Shown: piece by piece, positions 47,875 to 62,010 of the stretch | How the letters are laid out: every line of letters starts with the position of its first letter | Numbering within the stretch: the stretch's first letter is position 1 | Assembly (NCBI GenBank): GCA_035221665.1 | Contig: CM069155.1 | Location: forward strand, 30,566,001 to 30,630,000 | Direction: 5' to 3' | From: Okamejei kenojei | Taxonomy: Eukaryota | Length of the DNA: 64,000 bases | Translations under genes and position numbers: made by a program | The notes under the pieces: generated by a model | Databases searched by the model: none | Told to the model about the DNA's origin: nothing | What the model saw: the letters and a program-made list of their open reading frames with translations, nothing else

Positions 47875-49942
47875 CAAACATATTAAAACAATATATCAGG
47901 AGCCTACAGCTAGGATTATGGTAAATGGAAACATATCAAAAAGGATCCAGTTAGAGAGGGGTACAAGGCAAGGATGCTGTCTTTCTCCCACGCTCTTCGT
48001 TTTGTATATCGAACCCTTAGCACAAGCAATAAGGCAAAGAGAAGACCTGCAGGGGGTCAAATTAGGGGGAAAGAACATATAATTGGTCTTTTCGCTGATG
48101 ATATAATTCTTTTCCTTGAACGACCAGATATATGTTTTCCAAATCTAATGAACCTATTTGAAACATATGGATACTACTCAGGGTATAAATTGAATATAAC
48201 AAAAACACAAATTCTTTCATTCAATTATTCTCCATCCCAACAAATCAGAGATGCATATAATCTGAAATGGAACTCTAAAACGATGCAGTATCTTGGTGTA
48301 ACTATAACCAAAACACTTCCCAACTTGTTTGAAACTAATTATAACAAAATTGAAGAAGACATCAAAAAGGATGTTGAGAGGTGGTCGACCCTTCCTCTAG
48401 ACTTCAGTGCCAGAATACAAACGGTAAAAATGAATATCCAACCTAAACTACAATATTTATTCCAATCTCTCCCAATTAATGTTCCCCGAGATAAATTCAT
48501 AGCCTGGGATAAAATTATCTCTAGATTCATTTGGAATAGCACAAAACCAAGAATAAAACTAACAACACTTCAACTGCCGAAAAGCAAGGGTGGAATGGCT
48601 TTACCAAATCTGAAGAAATACTTTTATGCAGTTCACCTCAGACCTCTGGCTTGTTGGTGTAGACCTGATTATGAATCTCGATGGAAAGAAATGGAAAGGG
48701 AGATACAGGGTTACCAGACCCAGATTTTGGTGGGAGACAAATATCTGAGAGGGGCTTTGAGACATGCTAAGGTTCCAATAGTAGCATTTACGTTAGAAAT
48801 ATGGAATGTTATATTGGAAAAATTAAAAAATTAAAAAGAGGGGCTCACGCATTGAAGTGGTTCGCATATGACTCAAAGTTTAAGCCAGGGGTGTATGATT
48901 CAAAATTCAAAGAATGGGCACAAAAAGGCATAATGGCAATGTATACAGTTTCAGAAAATGGCGAGTTTATGAGCTTCCAAGATTTAAAGTCAAAGTATGG
49001 TCTCGAAAACAAAGATTTTTTTAGATACTTGCAATTAAGAGACTACTTTATAAAAGAGATAAGGCCAGAACTAGATGAAACTTCAATAATGTGATCAAGG
49101 TGATTGTGGATGCATACAAACAGAAGGGATTTAGGGTAATCTCTGCTTTCTATCAAGCTCTGGTGGAAAGCGGGGGAGAATCAACGCTCTACATAAAAAC
49201 AAAATGGGAAGCAGAATTAAAGATTCAAATAACAGACCAAGAATGGTATCAAATGTGTGAAACACAATGTTCATCCACAAGCTCACTAGTATGGAGAGAA
49301 TTTTCCTTGAAGAATCTATCTCGCTTTTTTATAACACCCAAAATAAAAAGCGGACAACTTGCTATTCAACAATACTGTTGGAGGCTGTGTGGGAGTACGG
49401 AGGCAGACCACTCGCATATTTTCTGGAACTGTGCAAAGATAAGGCCATACTGGGAAAATGTTAATGCAGCTGTAAATAATATCTTGGGTTATAAAATCCC
49501 AAATACCTGCCCTGTGATGTATCTGGGGTGTATTAAAGATAGCGTAAAAATAGAAGATACATATTTGATTAAAGCTTTGCTTGCAGCAAGTAAGAAGGCC
49601 ATTACCAGGCAGTGGCTTAATGAAAAAAGTCCAAAACAGGAACAGTGGTTAGGAATTGTGCGAGACATCTTTAATATGGAGAAATTGACATATTCCTTGA
49701 GAGTCAAGGAGAATTCATTTGAGAATATCTGGAAAAAATGGACTGTTTATTTGAGCCATGACACCAATTAGATAAATGCCGAGCTAGATATGGGAAGATT
49801 TTTTTTCCCCCATCTACTTATTTTCTTATTTTGATTGCAATGATTCTTATTTTGTTTTATTTATGGTGATGGTGTTGCACTGTTTTGAAAATATCTCTTA
49901 AAAATCAATAAAACTTTAAGTGGAAACAAAAATGAAAAAAAA
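47875..49942 (+). mobile_element. 5'-truncated L1-clade LINE (ORF2 RT to C-terminal zinc knuckle)
   Basis: [54 protein letters not shown]...HIFWNC. Stop at 49771, AATAAA at 49907, A-rich tail. Two frameshifts and one internal stop. Confidence 0.93.
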
Positions 49943-50459
49943 CAGCGGTTGTGAACTGCCATCCATCCACTTGTGATCATATAAGCATAGGAATTGTTCC
50001 CAATTATATTGTTATTTACGAATGATCTGCATTCAAATAAATGCAATTTCATAAACTTTCCAATCATTTATTTATGTAATATTATGTGAGACTTGTGCTA
50101 CCATTTCTTCTGTGAAATTAAATCTAACCGGGAATGAGAGATATTTCCCTCTTGGTTTTCTTCCGGAAGACAACCAAATGGCAGAACAAATGAGAATTTT
50201 CACGAGAGCTCCCAGGTTGTTACGTCGATTGAAGAGTTGTAAATGCAGTGCATGATGGATATAACAACTGGTGAAATTTACAAAAGTGCAGTAATGCAAT
50301 TGAATATATATCACAGTAGCTTCCAGTCGAAGCACCTTTAAAAGATGTAGTTATATAATTTGATTCTCGCCTAATTTCATTGAAAACACCATTATTCATT
50401 TCAACAGATTAACTACCTCAAAAGGAGGAAATTTGTAATAAATAGCGAATCATACAAAA

Positions 50460-51480
50460 GTGTCAGTCTCGATAACAATCAGCACAGGAGCACCTCAAGG
50501 CTGCGTGCTTAGCCCCCTGCTGTACTCACTCTATACTCATGACTGCGTAACCTGTCATAGTGCGAACTCCATCATCAAGTTCGCTGATGACACCACTGTT
50601 GCGGGACGTATCACTGATGGGGACGAGTCAGAGTATAGAAGTGAAATCGACCGACTGGCCAAATGCTGCCAGCACATTAACCTGGCCCTCAACACCAGCA
50701 AAACCAAGGAACTGATTGTGGACTTTGGAAGGGGTAGGATGGGGACCCACAATCCCGTTTATATCAACGGGTCGATGGTGGAAAGGGTCAAGAGCTTCAA
50801 ATTCCTGGGTGTGCACATCTCTGAAGATCTCTCCTGGTCCAAGAACACCGATGCTATTATAAAGAAAGCACATCAGCGCCTCTACTTCCTGAGAAGATTA
50901 CGGAGAGTCGGTATGTCAAGGAGGACTCCCTCTAACCTCCACAGGTGCACAGTAGAGAGCATGCTGACCAGTTGCATCGTGGCTTGGTTTGGCAACTTGA
51001 GTGCCCAGGGCCGAAAAAGACTACAAAAAATAGTGAACACTGCCCAGTCCATCATCGGCTCTGACCTCCCTACCATCGAGGGGATCCATCGCAGTTGCTG
51101 CCTCAAAAAGGCTGGCAGCATCATCAAGGACGCACATCATCCTGGCCACACACTCATCTCCCCGCTATCTTCAGGTAGAAGGTACAGGACCCTGAAGACT
51201 GCAACGTCCAGGTTCAGAAACAGCTGCTTCCCCACAGCCACCAGGCTATTGAACTCAACTCAAACAAAACTCTAAACATTAATAGCCCATTATCTCTTTA
51301 TTTGCACTTTATCTGTTTTATTTATTCATGTGTGTATATATTTATACAATGGTGTATGGAAACACTGATCTGTTCTGTATTTATGCCTTCTATATTCTGT
51401 TGTGCTGAAGCAAAGCAAGAATTTATTGTCCTATCTGGGACACATGACAATAACCTCTCTTGCATCTTGAATCTTGAATC
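50460..51480 (+). mobile_element. Rex1/Babar LINE, 5'-truncated, RT C-terminus open
   Basis: STGAPQGCVLSPLLYSLYTHDC, KFADDTTV, KTKELIVDF, FKFLGVHI, KKAHQRLYFLRRL; (CTTGAAT)n tail. Confidence 0.92.
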
Positions 51481-53270
51481 ATGCACAAAGAATATATCAA
51501 CTGGATAAAGCAGGAGGTCTCAAATTCTGGACCTAAAAGCATCCCTGGCTTTCACTATTTTTATTATTGGCGTCAGTCTTCCCCTGGCAAATCCCAAATC
51601 TCTGGAATTTCACCCCGACATATCTTCATCTCACTACTTTGTACTCCTCCTTGTAGCTGACCTCAAAAGCCATCTCTGTTGACTACATTCTAGACCCCTG
51701 CTCTTTTTTATTACTTAGGAAGTGACATTTCCTTCTGCAACTGTTGCAGTTTTATACATATATTTCAAATTTATTTATTTTAATGGTCATTTAAAAATGT
51801 GGATTATTGGATTCAGGTTACACCATAGAAATTGATTGGATTCAGCTTACACCATCTGACACCATTGGAAGTGGAACAATGTTAACATGTAAATTGTCCT
51901 TCATTCTTGGTCTGACCAACCTACTTCCACAAACTGCATTGTAATTCCACTGTACCAGAACCAACACAATCTCACCAAATACAGTCGGAACGCAGAAGAG
52001 CCTACCATTAATGTGAACATTAAAGCCATTGAAGAAAAAACTAAACGCTGACCAGTATTTTCAAAATACCCGTCGCCCATCAAAAGCAAACGAAGCCTCG
52101 CGGGGGTAAGGGAAAATGGGGACAAAGCTTGGATATGTTCCACTTGCAACTGGGTGTAGGATATCAATGTTGATCATCGACAAATCATTTATTTTGCCCT
52201 TTCTGGTGAATGGGGCTGGCCTAGTTGTAGACCGGGAATTAATTCTGAGGTAGCGACATGCATTAAGAAGACCACTATCACCTCGGTGGGAGAACTCATG
52301 CCTTAATGACTACCGTCTCGATGTCTTGACATCCACCATTACGAATTGCTTCTAGAGCAACCAGATTGAGCCTACCAAGCAGCCTCGATCTACAGCAGTT
52401 CTACAGCAGCACAACAGATCCACTGCTGATGCCATCTCTCTGGCCATACACTTTTCCCTGGAACATCTGGATGAGACGAGCACCTACATCAGACCTACAT
52501 AGAATAGAGCCCTGTTTTCAATACCATTACCCTAAGCAAGCTCATCTCCAAACTATTGGAACAGAATCAGCACTTCGTGACCAATGGACCACAATCTGTG
52601 TGGATAGGTGACCAATCAGCTACCCGAGCGAAATGTGTTGCTATTCCTCCAATGTGCGTGTACACTCACTCTGACAATGGAGGAGGCCCAGGCCAGAAAT
52701 GTCAGTGCAAAGGGAAGGGGGGGGGGGGGGGGTGGTTAAAGGGGCTAGCCACCGGGGGATCTAGTAGGCCTTCGCAAGTTCAGTTAAACGGCCGCCGAGT
52801 CTACGCCGATGTTCAGTAGCCCACATCCGGAACACCAGATATAGGAGATAAGGTTAGAGAATGTGCATGTGCATCTCACTGCCGAGGTCGCTGGGTGGAG
52901 CTGAGGGTGACGGAATAAGGACAGATATTAAATCTCCCGCGGTTGCAGGGTAAGTTGGCTGGAGTGGGAGTGGCTTCAGTGGAAAGCGACGAATGAAACA
53001 AGGAGATGCGGAGGGAATGGTCTCTGCGGAAGGTGGAAAAGTTTGGAGATTGGAAGATGTGCTTAGTGGTGGGATCACGTTGGGAGGTGACAATTTTTTT
53101 TTTGTGGAATTACTGCTCTGATCTGTCAGAGACTTTGTTTTATTCAACAAAGTCTAGTACAAGCTCTGGCATTGAATGGGTTGGGAGAAGGGTATGATGA
53201 GGTTGGACTGTAGAGCGACAGCCTGTTTCAAAATAATTAGTTTAGTTAAGTTTAGTAGAAAATAATAATT

Positions 53271-53497
53271 GAGATACAGCGCTGGGTCAGGCCCGTCGGC
53301 CCACCGAGTCCGCATCAACGAGCGATCCCCGCACATGCTTTGGAAACAACTTAGGAAACCGCATTTCACGGAGAAACCCCACGTAGGTCACGGGAAGAAC
53401 CAATTCGGTACAGAGAAGCTCCAGGAGCCGGGATCGAACCGTGTCTCTGGCGCCGAGAGCGCTGTGCAACTCTACCGCTGCGCCACCGTGCCCGCCC
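53271..53497 (-). mobile_element. tRNA-derived SINE (V-SINE/HE1-like), duplicate of 36586-36814
   Basis: Same A and B boxes (B box at 53431-53440). Confidence 0.8.
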
Positions 53498-55361
53498 ATG
53501 AATTAGTATAGTGTGAATTGGAGGGACCAAGAATAGATCCCTGGGAGGTTCAGGGGTTGATGGGGAGGGGGCGGGGGCCGGGGAGGGGGCGGGGTCGCTG
53601 TTTTCGGAGCAAATCAGACACTTCTGTCTTATTTTTGCAACTGAACTAGGAAGTGAAGAAACGGAGGATCATTTGAATCCAGTGGACGGAAGTGTTTAGT
53701 TTACTTCACTACAGCGAGGAAACAGGCCCTTCGGCTAATCTAGTCAACACCGACCAGCAATCAGTATATCTATCCAATTGGGACAATTAACAGAAGGCAA
53801 TTTTACAAGGGGTTGTAAAACTATAAAATACGAGATTGTTTATTTTAAAAAACCGCATTTTGTAAATTAATTATATCGTTGAAAAGCTGATTCAAGAAAA
53901 TGAAAATAGTATATATTTAAGGATAAAACGCTACTTTTCTTTCTACTCTCAGTTTCTAATTTCGACTCTCCGTTTAATCAATGTTATGAGATTAATGTTA
54001 TGTCGGACAAGAAGTGGATTGAAGAGTTAAATTCGATCAGAGAGGTGGTCATAATACTGGACAAATCCAGCAAACAAGACTTCGCCATTACACGCTACAT
54101 GACTCGCCGGGTCAGGCAGCATCTGATTAGAATGGCGAGGCATCATTTCAGGTCGAGACCCTTCTGCAGACTCATTAGAACAGAAGGGAGAAAGCTGGAA
54201 AATAAATATGAGGTGTGATACAACCTGCCAAGTGATAGGCGGATACATGTGAGAGGGGGTTGATTAGCAGATGGGGATGGGGGGGGTTAATTGGCAAAGG
54301 CTGGGGATGAAAAGGGAACAAAAAGTGAAATCAGCCACAAAATAAGTGGGAAAGGCAGTGAATGATAACCGTGGGGGAAGGGATGGGGTGAAAATAGACA
54401 GCACACGTCTCCAACCTGTTATTTTACTTCTGGAAATTGACATGGTACTGGAAGGTCTCTCCAGATAGGACTTACCCACATCGCAAGCGGATTTCCCCAG
54501 CCACAATACATAACTTTTCACAATTTATACCCCCTATTAAACATTTTTTTATTCCCAGAGAAGAACATCCAAGCAGTTGCCATATCTCGAAAGCTGTTTA
54601 TCCCATTTCTGGGAATCGCGAAGTAACTACTTTTACTTCGGTTAATTGTTGGTGCGAAGCCCCCCTTCAAAATGAGTCTAGCGCTCACCCCTACGAGCCC
54701 GAACTTTATTCCTCTCGTTAAACTGTTTAAATATATGACCACCTCTGCTGATTAATGTTGAGTTGGTATAAGACCCCGGTAATGCCGCGGTTAACTAATT
54801 CGTCAAACCACACTTTTCATCGCGTTTTTCATGGATTAAACTGATATCTTGTGATATTTTGTGCGGTAAGGTTGGACATATTTGGGTACTTTAAGCATAT
54901 TAGCGCAATGCCACGACTGCACTTCCGGATTTCTGGGATATCCAAAGTAGGAGACAAGGATTTGCACCTAATTTCTTCAATCTGGGGGTACTTGCAAACA
55001 TCCCCTTCAGCTGTCCTAACACATGGGTCAACATCAATCATGAAAACGCAGTTTATTTGAAATATAACAAAGTTTCACAAAATGCCAGTTTATAGTCCGG
55101 ACATTATTGCTTTTATTCTATTGAAGGCAAGGACATTTGCACAGAAAATTACAACGATGCATCGTAAATAGAATAATCGGTTTTATTGCATTAAATGTTA
55201 CATTATTGTTTTTCAGCTCACCGTAAAATACGGACAGCGCATTCAAGGCACCGAAATGCACATGTGCTGCGTTTGAACGAATAGTAAAGCGAACAGTCGA
55301 TATCTGCATATTGGATTAATTTACAAAGAAATGTAGCAAATCGTGAATTTGATCCTTTAAA

Positions 55362-55684
55362 TTAGAGGCAACTGGATCTGGCGATATTGGCCTTAATCGG
55401 GGTTGTCTGGGTTTCGTGTTTAACCACACATGAATAAAGATCGTGTGAGTTCCAGTAGGCGGCTGGCAGAGTCAGGTAACTGCTCGCACTGAACGAGTTG
55501 TCCTTCTCCTGCTGGACCCGGCTGGTCGCAGCGCCATCACTTCTCGCACTGCCGTCCACGGTCCACTCAATGTCCACAGCGCCCGGATTGAACCCGCTCA
55601 CCAAACACACCAGGGTGGCGGTACTTTTTGCGGTGACTTCATCCATTGATGGCGCCAGAATGGAAACGGTGGGGGGGCGCGGAC
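55362..55684 (-). CDS. IGLC: Ig light chain cluster 3, constant exon (intact)
   Basis: Acceptor TTTCCAG; (S)PRPPTVSILAPSMDEVTAKSTATLVC...HDLYSCVVKHET...ARSSCL*. Nearly identical to the cluster 2 C exon. Confidence 0.97.
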
Positions 55685-58061
55685 CTGGAAATAAGAATTG
55701 AAATAAATACAAATGGATTATTTATCAGTTTACGTTAAGTCAGAATCGATACAGCTGGAATGACTCCAGACAAGATTTATGTCGACGGTGCCAGGTTTCG
55801 AACGCCTGAACTATAGGCATCGATTGGATATGCAAGGATGTTAGTCCTTGGAGTGTAGAATACCTTCGGGTGATCGCATGGCGGTGTACAATATCGCGAG
55901 GGGGATACATAGGGTTAGCGCACTGAGTATTTCCCCCATAGTAGGAGAATGGAGAACTAGAGTTCTTAAGTTCAGTGCAACACTTCGACACAATATGCGT
56001 CGACTCCATGGAATGTGTTCATCAGAGAAGTTGATGCGGCAGGTACAATAACACCATTTAAATAAACATTTGAATTAATACTTGTATAAAAAAGGTTCAA
56101 AGAGATATCGGCCTGGCATGCGCAAATGGGAAACTCGGTCGGAATGAAATAGGTGGACTTAAGGTCTGTTCCACCGCTGCATAACTCCGTGGCTCGATGG
56201 CCGTGGACTGCACTGGCTTTACAATTACCGTTGATTTATAAACCTCATTTTATACAGCAGAATCATGATAAGTTATTTTCAGTGTGAATATCCGACGTTT
56301 GGTAAAACATGTAGACTACGATTTTCTTCAGATCATGGAAACGGTCGGAAAAAAATGGAATTACAACTCATCCTTGCAGAATGAGCAGCATTTCCAAATT
56401 AATGCTTGTTCAAATAGTAATTCAATTTTTTTTCCATGAATTGTCTTTAGAATGTTACTTATTAGTGAATATTCCACATCGTCCAGAAAGCCCATGATTC
56501 AATGATGGTGGCGGTCAGAAAAATGAAAGGTAAAACTAAAGAAATGTTTTGGTCTGATTCAAATTCTTTCTGACACATGTCCAGACAGCTCTGGGTTTAA
56601 CATCCAACATATTCGAACTTTAAAAAACATTTCAACCTAATGCTGAATTTAAAGACGCTGTACTATTTCCTCCCAATCTTTCGATTCTGAGCAATTCAGC
56701 AATAACCTCGTATACTTGTGTGTCCATTTCTGCACTAATTTATCCGAAAAAAGCCAAAATCATGTCTCGCTCTTTTAAGCTTTTTGACATGTCGGTCAAC
56801 CGTAAAAAAAAATCAACAATCAGAGGGATCATGTTTAACAGCATAATAAACAGTCTGCGTTTTCTGCTATATCATACAATCGATGACAATCGGAGAACCA
56901 GCATCAAAATCCCTTGCAGGTTCTACAAGGTGGGTACAAAGAGTCTGACGCCATAGCCGCACAAATGTGATCAGCTAAGGTGGCAATGGCGAGCTGAACG
57001 AGAAATGAACCCGAATACGATTCTGCTCTTGTTTCTAATTTCGGAGCTGAATCAGACTTGCAACAATCCTCCACACTTTCGCGCAGAGAGAATTAAAATG
57101 GTTCCATGCGAAGCGTTTAAATATTTGTTTGTTACCTTTTCCCTGACAATTAGTTTTAGCGCTGTTGTTGGGAGCGCATGTAAACCTGTCGAAACGCCAC
57201 TTCACCCTCATGGTATCATTAAAACGATCAGAAATCAACTTCGCGCAATTTGCCCTAATGGGTATTTGCAATTTCAAAAATATCCCATTTAAATTCACCA
57301 ACCTCCCTTGCCAAATGTCTATTAACTTTCCTTTGGATGCTTCCAATGATTCTATTAGGCCCACTCTCAGAGTTGGTATTCTCAGTGTCCACAATATACC
57401 GTAAGCTAATAAAATCTCATAATTTTCCGAGCATTTTTTTTCAAGTAACGACAAGAGCTTTCGTTTGCATTAGGCTTATATTGTAGCAAAATCATCAATA
57501 GCAGCAGTCTCGAATGAAACCCGCCACTTGAGGATACATCAAATCAGAGAATCAGCATTTCGGTTATACGAGCAGGTTTCATGAACATCAGGGAAGAAAG
57601 GGGCAAATAGAGCTTCAGGAGATCATTCCAGAATTAAACAACTTTGATGCACAGCTGTCAGTGTGTGAAGACGTTAAATTCCAGGATGATCATGAAGCCA
57701 CGGTTAGGTGAGCGCAGATTTCTCGGAGTGTTGTAGGGATCGAGGTAAAGGATCATAAACACCAAGTTCACGTAGGAGAAACAAGTTGGTAACTTGAGTA
57801 CAGCACAAAGAGCTGAAGTAATCCAGCGGATCAGACAGCATCCCTGGAGGACATAGAAAGACGATATTTCCGTTCGCGAAAGTCTCCCAAAGAGACTTTG
57901 TTCCGACACGAAACATTGCCCATCCATACGTCTACCGCAGATGCTGGCTGACCCGTTGTGTTCTACTTAGGTTTATAGGATCTTTCTACCGAGGATTTAT
58001 GTTGGAAAGCAAAACCTAATTTCAACGATTCATTATTTCAAAACGTGAATACTTTACTTAC

Positions 58062-58403
58062 TGCTTAGATTCAGTTTGGTTCCTCTCCCAAAGGTTAATT
58101 TATTGCCATCCCACACAGCACAGTAATAATCGGCAGCGTCCTCCGATTGCACGTTGGTGATGGTTAAATGCATTTGGTTCGTGGATGACTCCACGGAACC
58201 CGTGAATCTGTCTGGAATTCCGGTGCCTCTGGTTGAGCCTTCATACCACACGAAGACAGGGCTGCTGTCCGGCTTCTGCCAGTACCAGCTCGTGTACCAG
58301 CTACCGATGGTGCCCCCTGACAGGGTACAGGTGATTTTGACGGTTCTTCCCGGCGAGGTTGATATAGACGCGACCTGAGTCAAGGTAGTCTCCGCGTTTA
58401 TAG
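58062..58403 (-). CDS. IGLV: Ig light chain cluster 3, germline-joined V-J exon
   Basis: (S)INAETTLTQVASISTSPGRTVKITCTLSGGTIGSWYTSWYWQKPDSSPVFVWYEGSTRG...DYYC-AVWDGNKLT-FGRGTKLNLS, GTAAGT donor. No RSS between V and J. Confidence 0.97.
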
Positions 58404-58498
58404 CTGATAGAAAAAAACAGATAAATATACAGAACCATTAGAAAAAACACAGCAGAATGTAAAACGATACAGCATTAATCATTCTGCGCTCTACTCAC

Positions 58499-58544
58499 AG
58501 TGGAAACAGGTCACCAAGGCGAGAACCCAAACCCATTCAGCCAT
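58499..58544 (-). CDS. Ig light chain cluster 3, leader exon
   Basis: MAEWVWVLALVTCFH plus 1 nt, GTGAG donor, 95-nt intron ending TTTTTCTATCAG. Confidence 0.94.
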
Positions 58545-58607
58545 GTCGAAGGTGATAAAGGAATATTTTGCTGCACAAATGCGGTTTTGAGCCGGTTCGA
58601 AGTTTCT

Positions 58608-58689
58608 CTTTTAAAGTCTTCAGCATCCCAACGTCACTAATTATTCATTATTCATGCAAATCTTTATCCACGTGACATCGATTCACTGA
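58608..58689 (-). promoter_or_regulatory. Cluster 3 promoter: octamer 58654-58661, E-box CACGTG 58669-58674
   Basis: Same motif order and spacing as the cluster 2 promoter. Confidence 0.88.
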
Positions 58690-60029
58690 ATTATTGGCTC
58701 GATGTAAAATTATATTTCTGCAGCTCCAGTCCTTTGGGAGAAAGACATTTTCATGTTGTTTTAAGTGGAGGAGAATAGCAGACAACGGTGAACTCAACGG
58801 CTTCGGGGGGAGGGGGAGAGAAGCTCTGAGACTCATACGGCAACTGTTGTGTGAGAGCAGGTTCTTATTTACTGAGTAAAAGGGGTCAGCTGTGTTGAAT
58901 GATGGGACTGTGGAGACTTTGCACTAATCCCCTTAAGCTTCCAAATAATTATAAAATAAACCATTTCCCCTTTTCATACAAATAATTCGTTGTCGAGTAA
59001 TATCGCAAGGCACCATTCCACTAAGCCCCTTCACTGGATTTAAAGTGTCAACTTGTATGATCAAATTAAACGGCACAAGAAAGTCTGTTAATATGTCTTC
59101 ATCGCATGTGCGAGAGGACCAGAAGATTTTCACACTTCAGACGGTCGAATTGAAGGGCATGGGAAGAACAATACATAATTAATTAAAGTAGAAATGTGAG
59201 GGAGTGAGGGAATGCTGTAAATGCATGCCATGGAACGGAGCCAGCTGAATGTGTTGTGTTCTTTTTACATGTATGGCTGCACGTTAACTGAAATATCACT
59301 GCATCTTAATTGCTGCGTGTGACATTAAATGTGAACTTGAACTTGAAATCCACTAGCAAATTCAATTAAAATATCGGAAATTCCAGATTTCAATGTGAGC
59401 TTTCATTGTGAGCATTCAAAAGACAGATCCTACACACGTGCCACAAGAAATAAAATCCAAGTGCATGACACATCCACGATTATCTAAACATGTTACAGAC
59501 AGCAGTAAACTAAGAGCAAAAACATTTTCTATGAGCAAAGTTGAATGGAAATCAGAAAATTGAGCAGCGAATTGTAAACAAATATGACAAAGGGATCAAT
59601 GAACATTAAAGGGGAATATCGAGATGACAGATAATAGAAACTAATTTTTCATCGGTCTGCACTACAGAACACGGACAACATCCCAGAAACGGCTGCAGAC
59701 ATGGTAGTGGAAGCAAGGGCCAAACTCACAAAAGCTGCAATCATTAGGAAGGTGATAGAGCCACGGGCTGACAGGTTCTTAAGATGTATTGTATTTCATT
59801 CTAGAATCTTAATTCATCCCATTGCAGCGCTGAATTCATTGGTTTGAATTTTTATTTCAAAACTACCATGGAAGTTCCTTGCTGTTCATTTTCATTCAGA
59901 ACGGAAGAGAGACAGAAATGTTCCAAGCTATTACTAAAACGTTATAAAGGGTACTGACAAAATGATCAAAAAGGTCATCTCGCAAAAGTCAAAATGTTGT
60001 TGAGAAAGAAAGAAAATTCAGAAATGAGA

Positions 60030-62010
60030 GGAGCAAAGGGGCTTGGGAATGCTGGTGCAGGATTCCCCAAAAGTTAATTTACAAGTCGGTAGTCAGGAAG
60101 GCGAATGCAATGCTAGCATTTCTATCGAGAGGGCCAGAACACAAAAACAAAATACAAAAACAGGGATGTAATACTGAGTCTTTATAAGGCACTGGTCAGA
60201 CCGCATTTGGAGTGTGGTGAGCAGTTTTGGGCACCAATCTGAGGAAGGATGAACAGGCTTTGGAGAGGGTCCAGAGAAGGTTTACGAGGGTGATCCCAGG
60301 GATCCCAGGGACGACACAACCCTGATTAGACTGATCCAGGTTGGGGAGGAATCTGCCTACAGACAGGGAGTGACAGCTGGCGTCCTGGTGCCTTCATAAC
60401 AATCTGGAGCTCAATGCTCTTAAGACGGTGGAATTGATAGTAGACTTTAGGAGAGCGCCCCCTCCCCTCCTGGATAGAGTGGATATGGAGTGGATGTTTC
60501 GACGAGCGGGGGAGTCCAGGGCCAAAGGTTATAGCCTCAGAATAAAAGGACGTACATTTACAAAAGGTGATGATGAGGAATTTCTTTAGTCAGAGGGTGG
60601 TGAATCTGCGGAATTCATTGCTACAGAACGCCGTGGAAGCCAAGTCAATGGATAGTTTTAAGGTGGAGATTGATTGGTTGTTGAGTGTTGTGGGTTATGG
60701 GAAGAAGTCAGGAGAATGGGTTGAGAGGGAGAGATAAATTAAGCATGATAGAATGGCGGGATAGAATTGATGGGCCAAATAGCCCAATTCTGGTCCGACA
60801 ATTTATGAATTTATGAAGGTTGTTTCACCAATTTAACGAAAGGCTTTGAAGAAGTAGCATGCCGGGCAGGTATAATTTCGAGCAGGCATTTGATAAGGTG
60901 ATAAATCAAAGGTTGATCTGGTAAATAATATGGTAATATTGGGGATAGGGTATTGACGTGGATGGAGAACTATATGGCAAACAGTAAGCAAAGAGTAGGA
61001 ATTAACGGGTCCCTTTCAGAATGGCAGGCAGTGACTAGTAGGGTGCCACAAGGCTCAGTGATGGGGCCTCGGTTATTAAATATATATATTAACGATTATG
61101 ATGAAAGATTTAAATGTAACATCTCCATATTTGCTGATCACACAAAGCTGGTTGGCAGTGTGGGCTGCGAGGAGGACGCTATGAGGCTGCAGGGTGATTT
61201 GGATAGGATGGGTCAGTGGGCAGATGCATGGCAGATGCAGTATCACGTAGAAAAATGTGATGTTATCCACTTTGATGGCAAAAACAGGAAGGCAGATTAT
61301 TATCTGAATGGTGTCAAATTAGGGAAAGGGGAGGTGCAACGAGACCTGGGTGTCCTTGAACATCAGTCACTGAAAGAAGGCATGCAGGTGCAGTCGGCAG
61401 TGAAGAACAACGAATGGCACGTTGGCCTTCATAGCGAGAAGATTTGAGTATTGGAGCAAGGTGGTCCTACTGCAGTTGTACAGGGCCCTAGTGAGACCAC
61501 ACCTGGAGTATTGTGAGCAGTTTTGGTCTCTAAATCTGAGGAAGGACATTCTTGCTATTGAGGGAGTGCAACGTAGGTTCACCAGATTAATCCCCGGGAT
61601 GGTGGAACTGACATATGATCGAGTGGGCTTATATGCACTGGAATTTTGAAGGATCAGAGGGGATCTTATAGAAACATATAACATTCCTAACGGATGGATA
61701 AGCTAGATGCAGGTAAAATGTTTCCGATGATGGGGGAACCCAGGACCAGGGGTCCCAGTTTAAAAAAAAAGGCTAGGCCATTTAGGACAGAGATGCGGAA
61801 ACACTTTTTTTACGCAGAGAGTTATGAATCTGTGGGATTCTCTGCCACAGAAGGCAGTGGAGGCCAATTCACTGGATGTATTCAAGAGAGAGTAAGAAAT
61901 AACTTTTCGGACTGATGGAACCAAGGGGTATGGGGAGAAAGCTCATGATCATCATATTGAATGGCGGTGCTGCTTGAAGGGCCGAATAGCCTATTCCTGC
62001 ACCTATTTCC
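60030..62010 (+). mobile_element. Two adjacent CR1 fragments with a small Rex1-like piece at ~60310-60470
   Basis: [41 protein letters not shown]; embedded DDTTLI...KTVELIVDFRR fragment. Confidence 0.85.
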
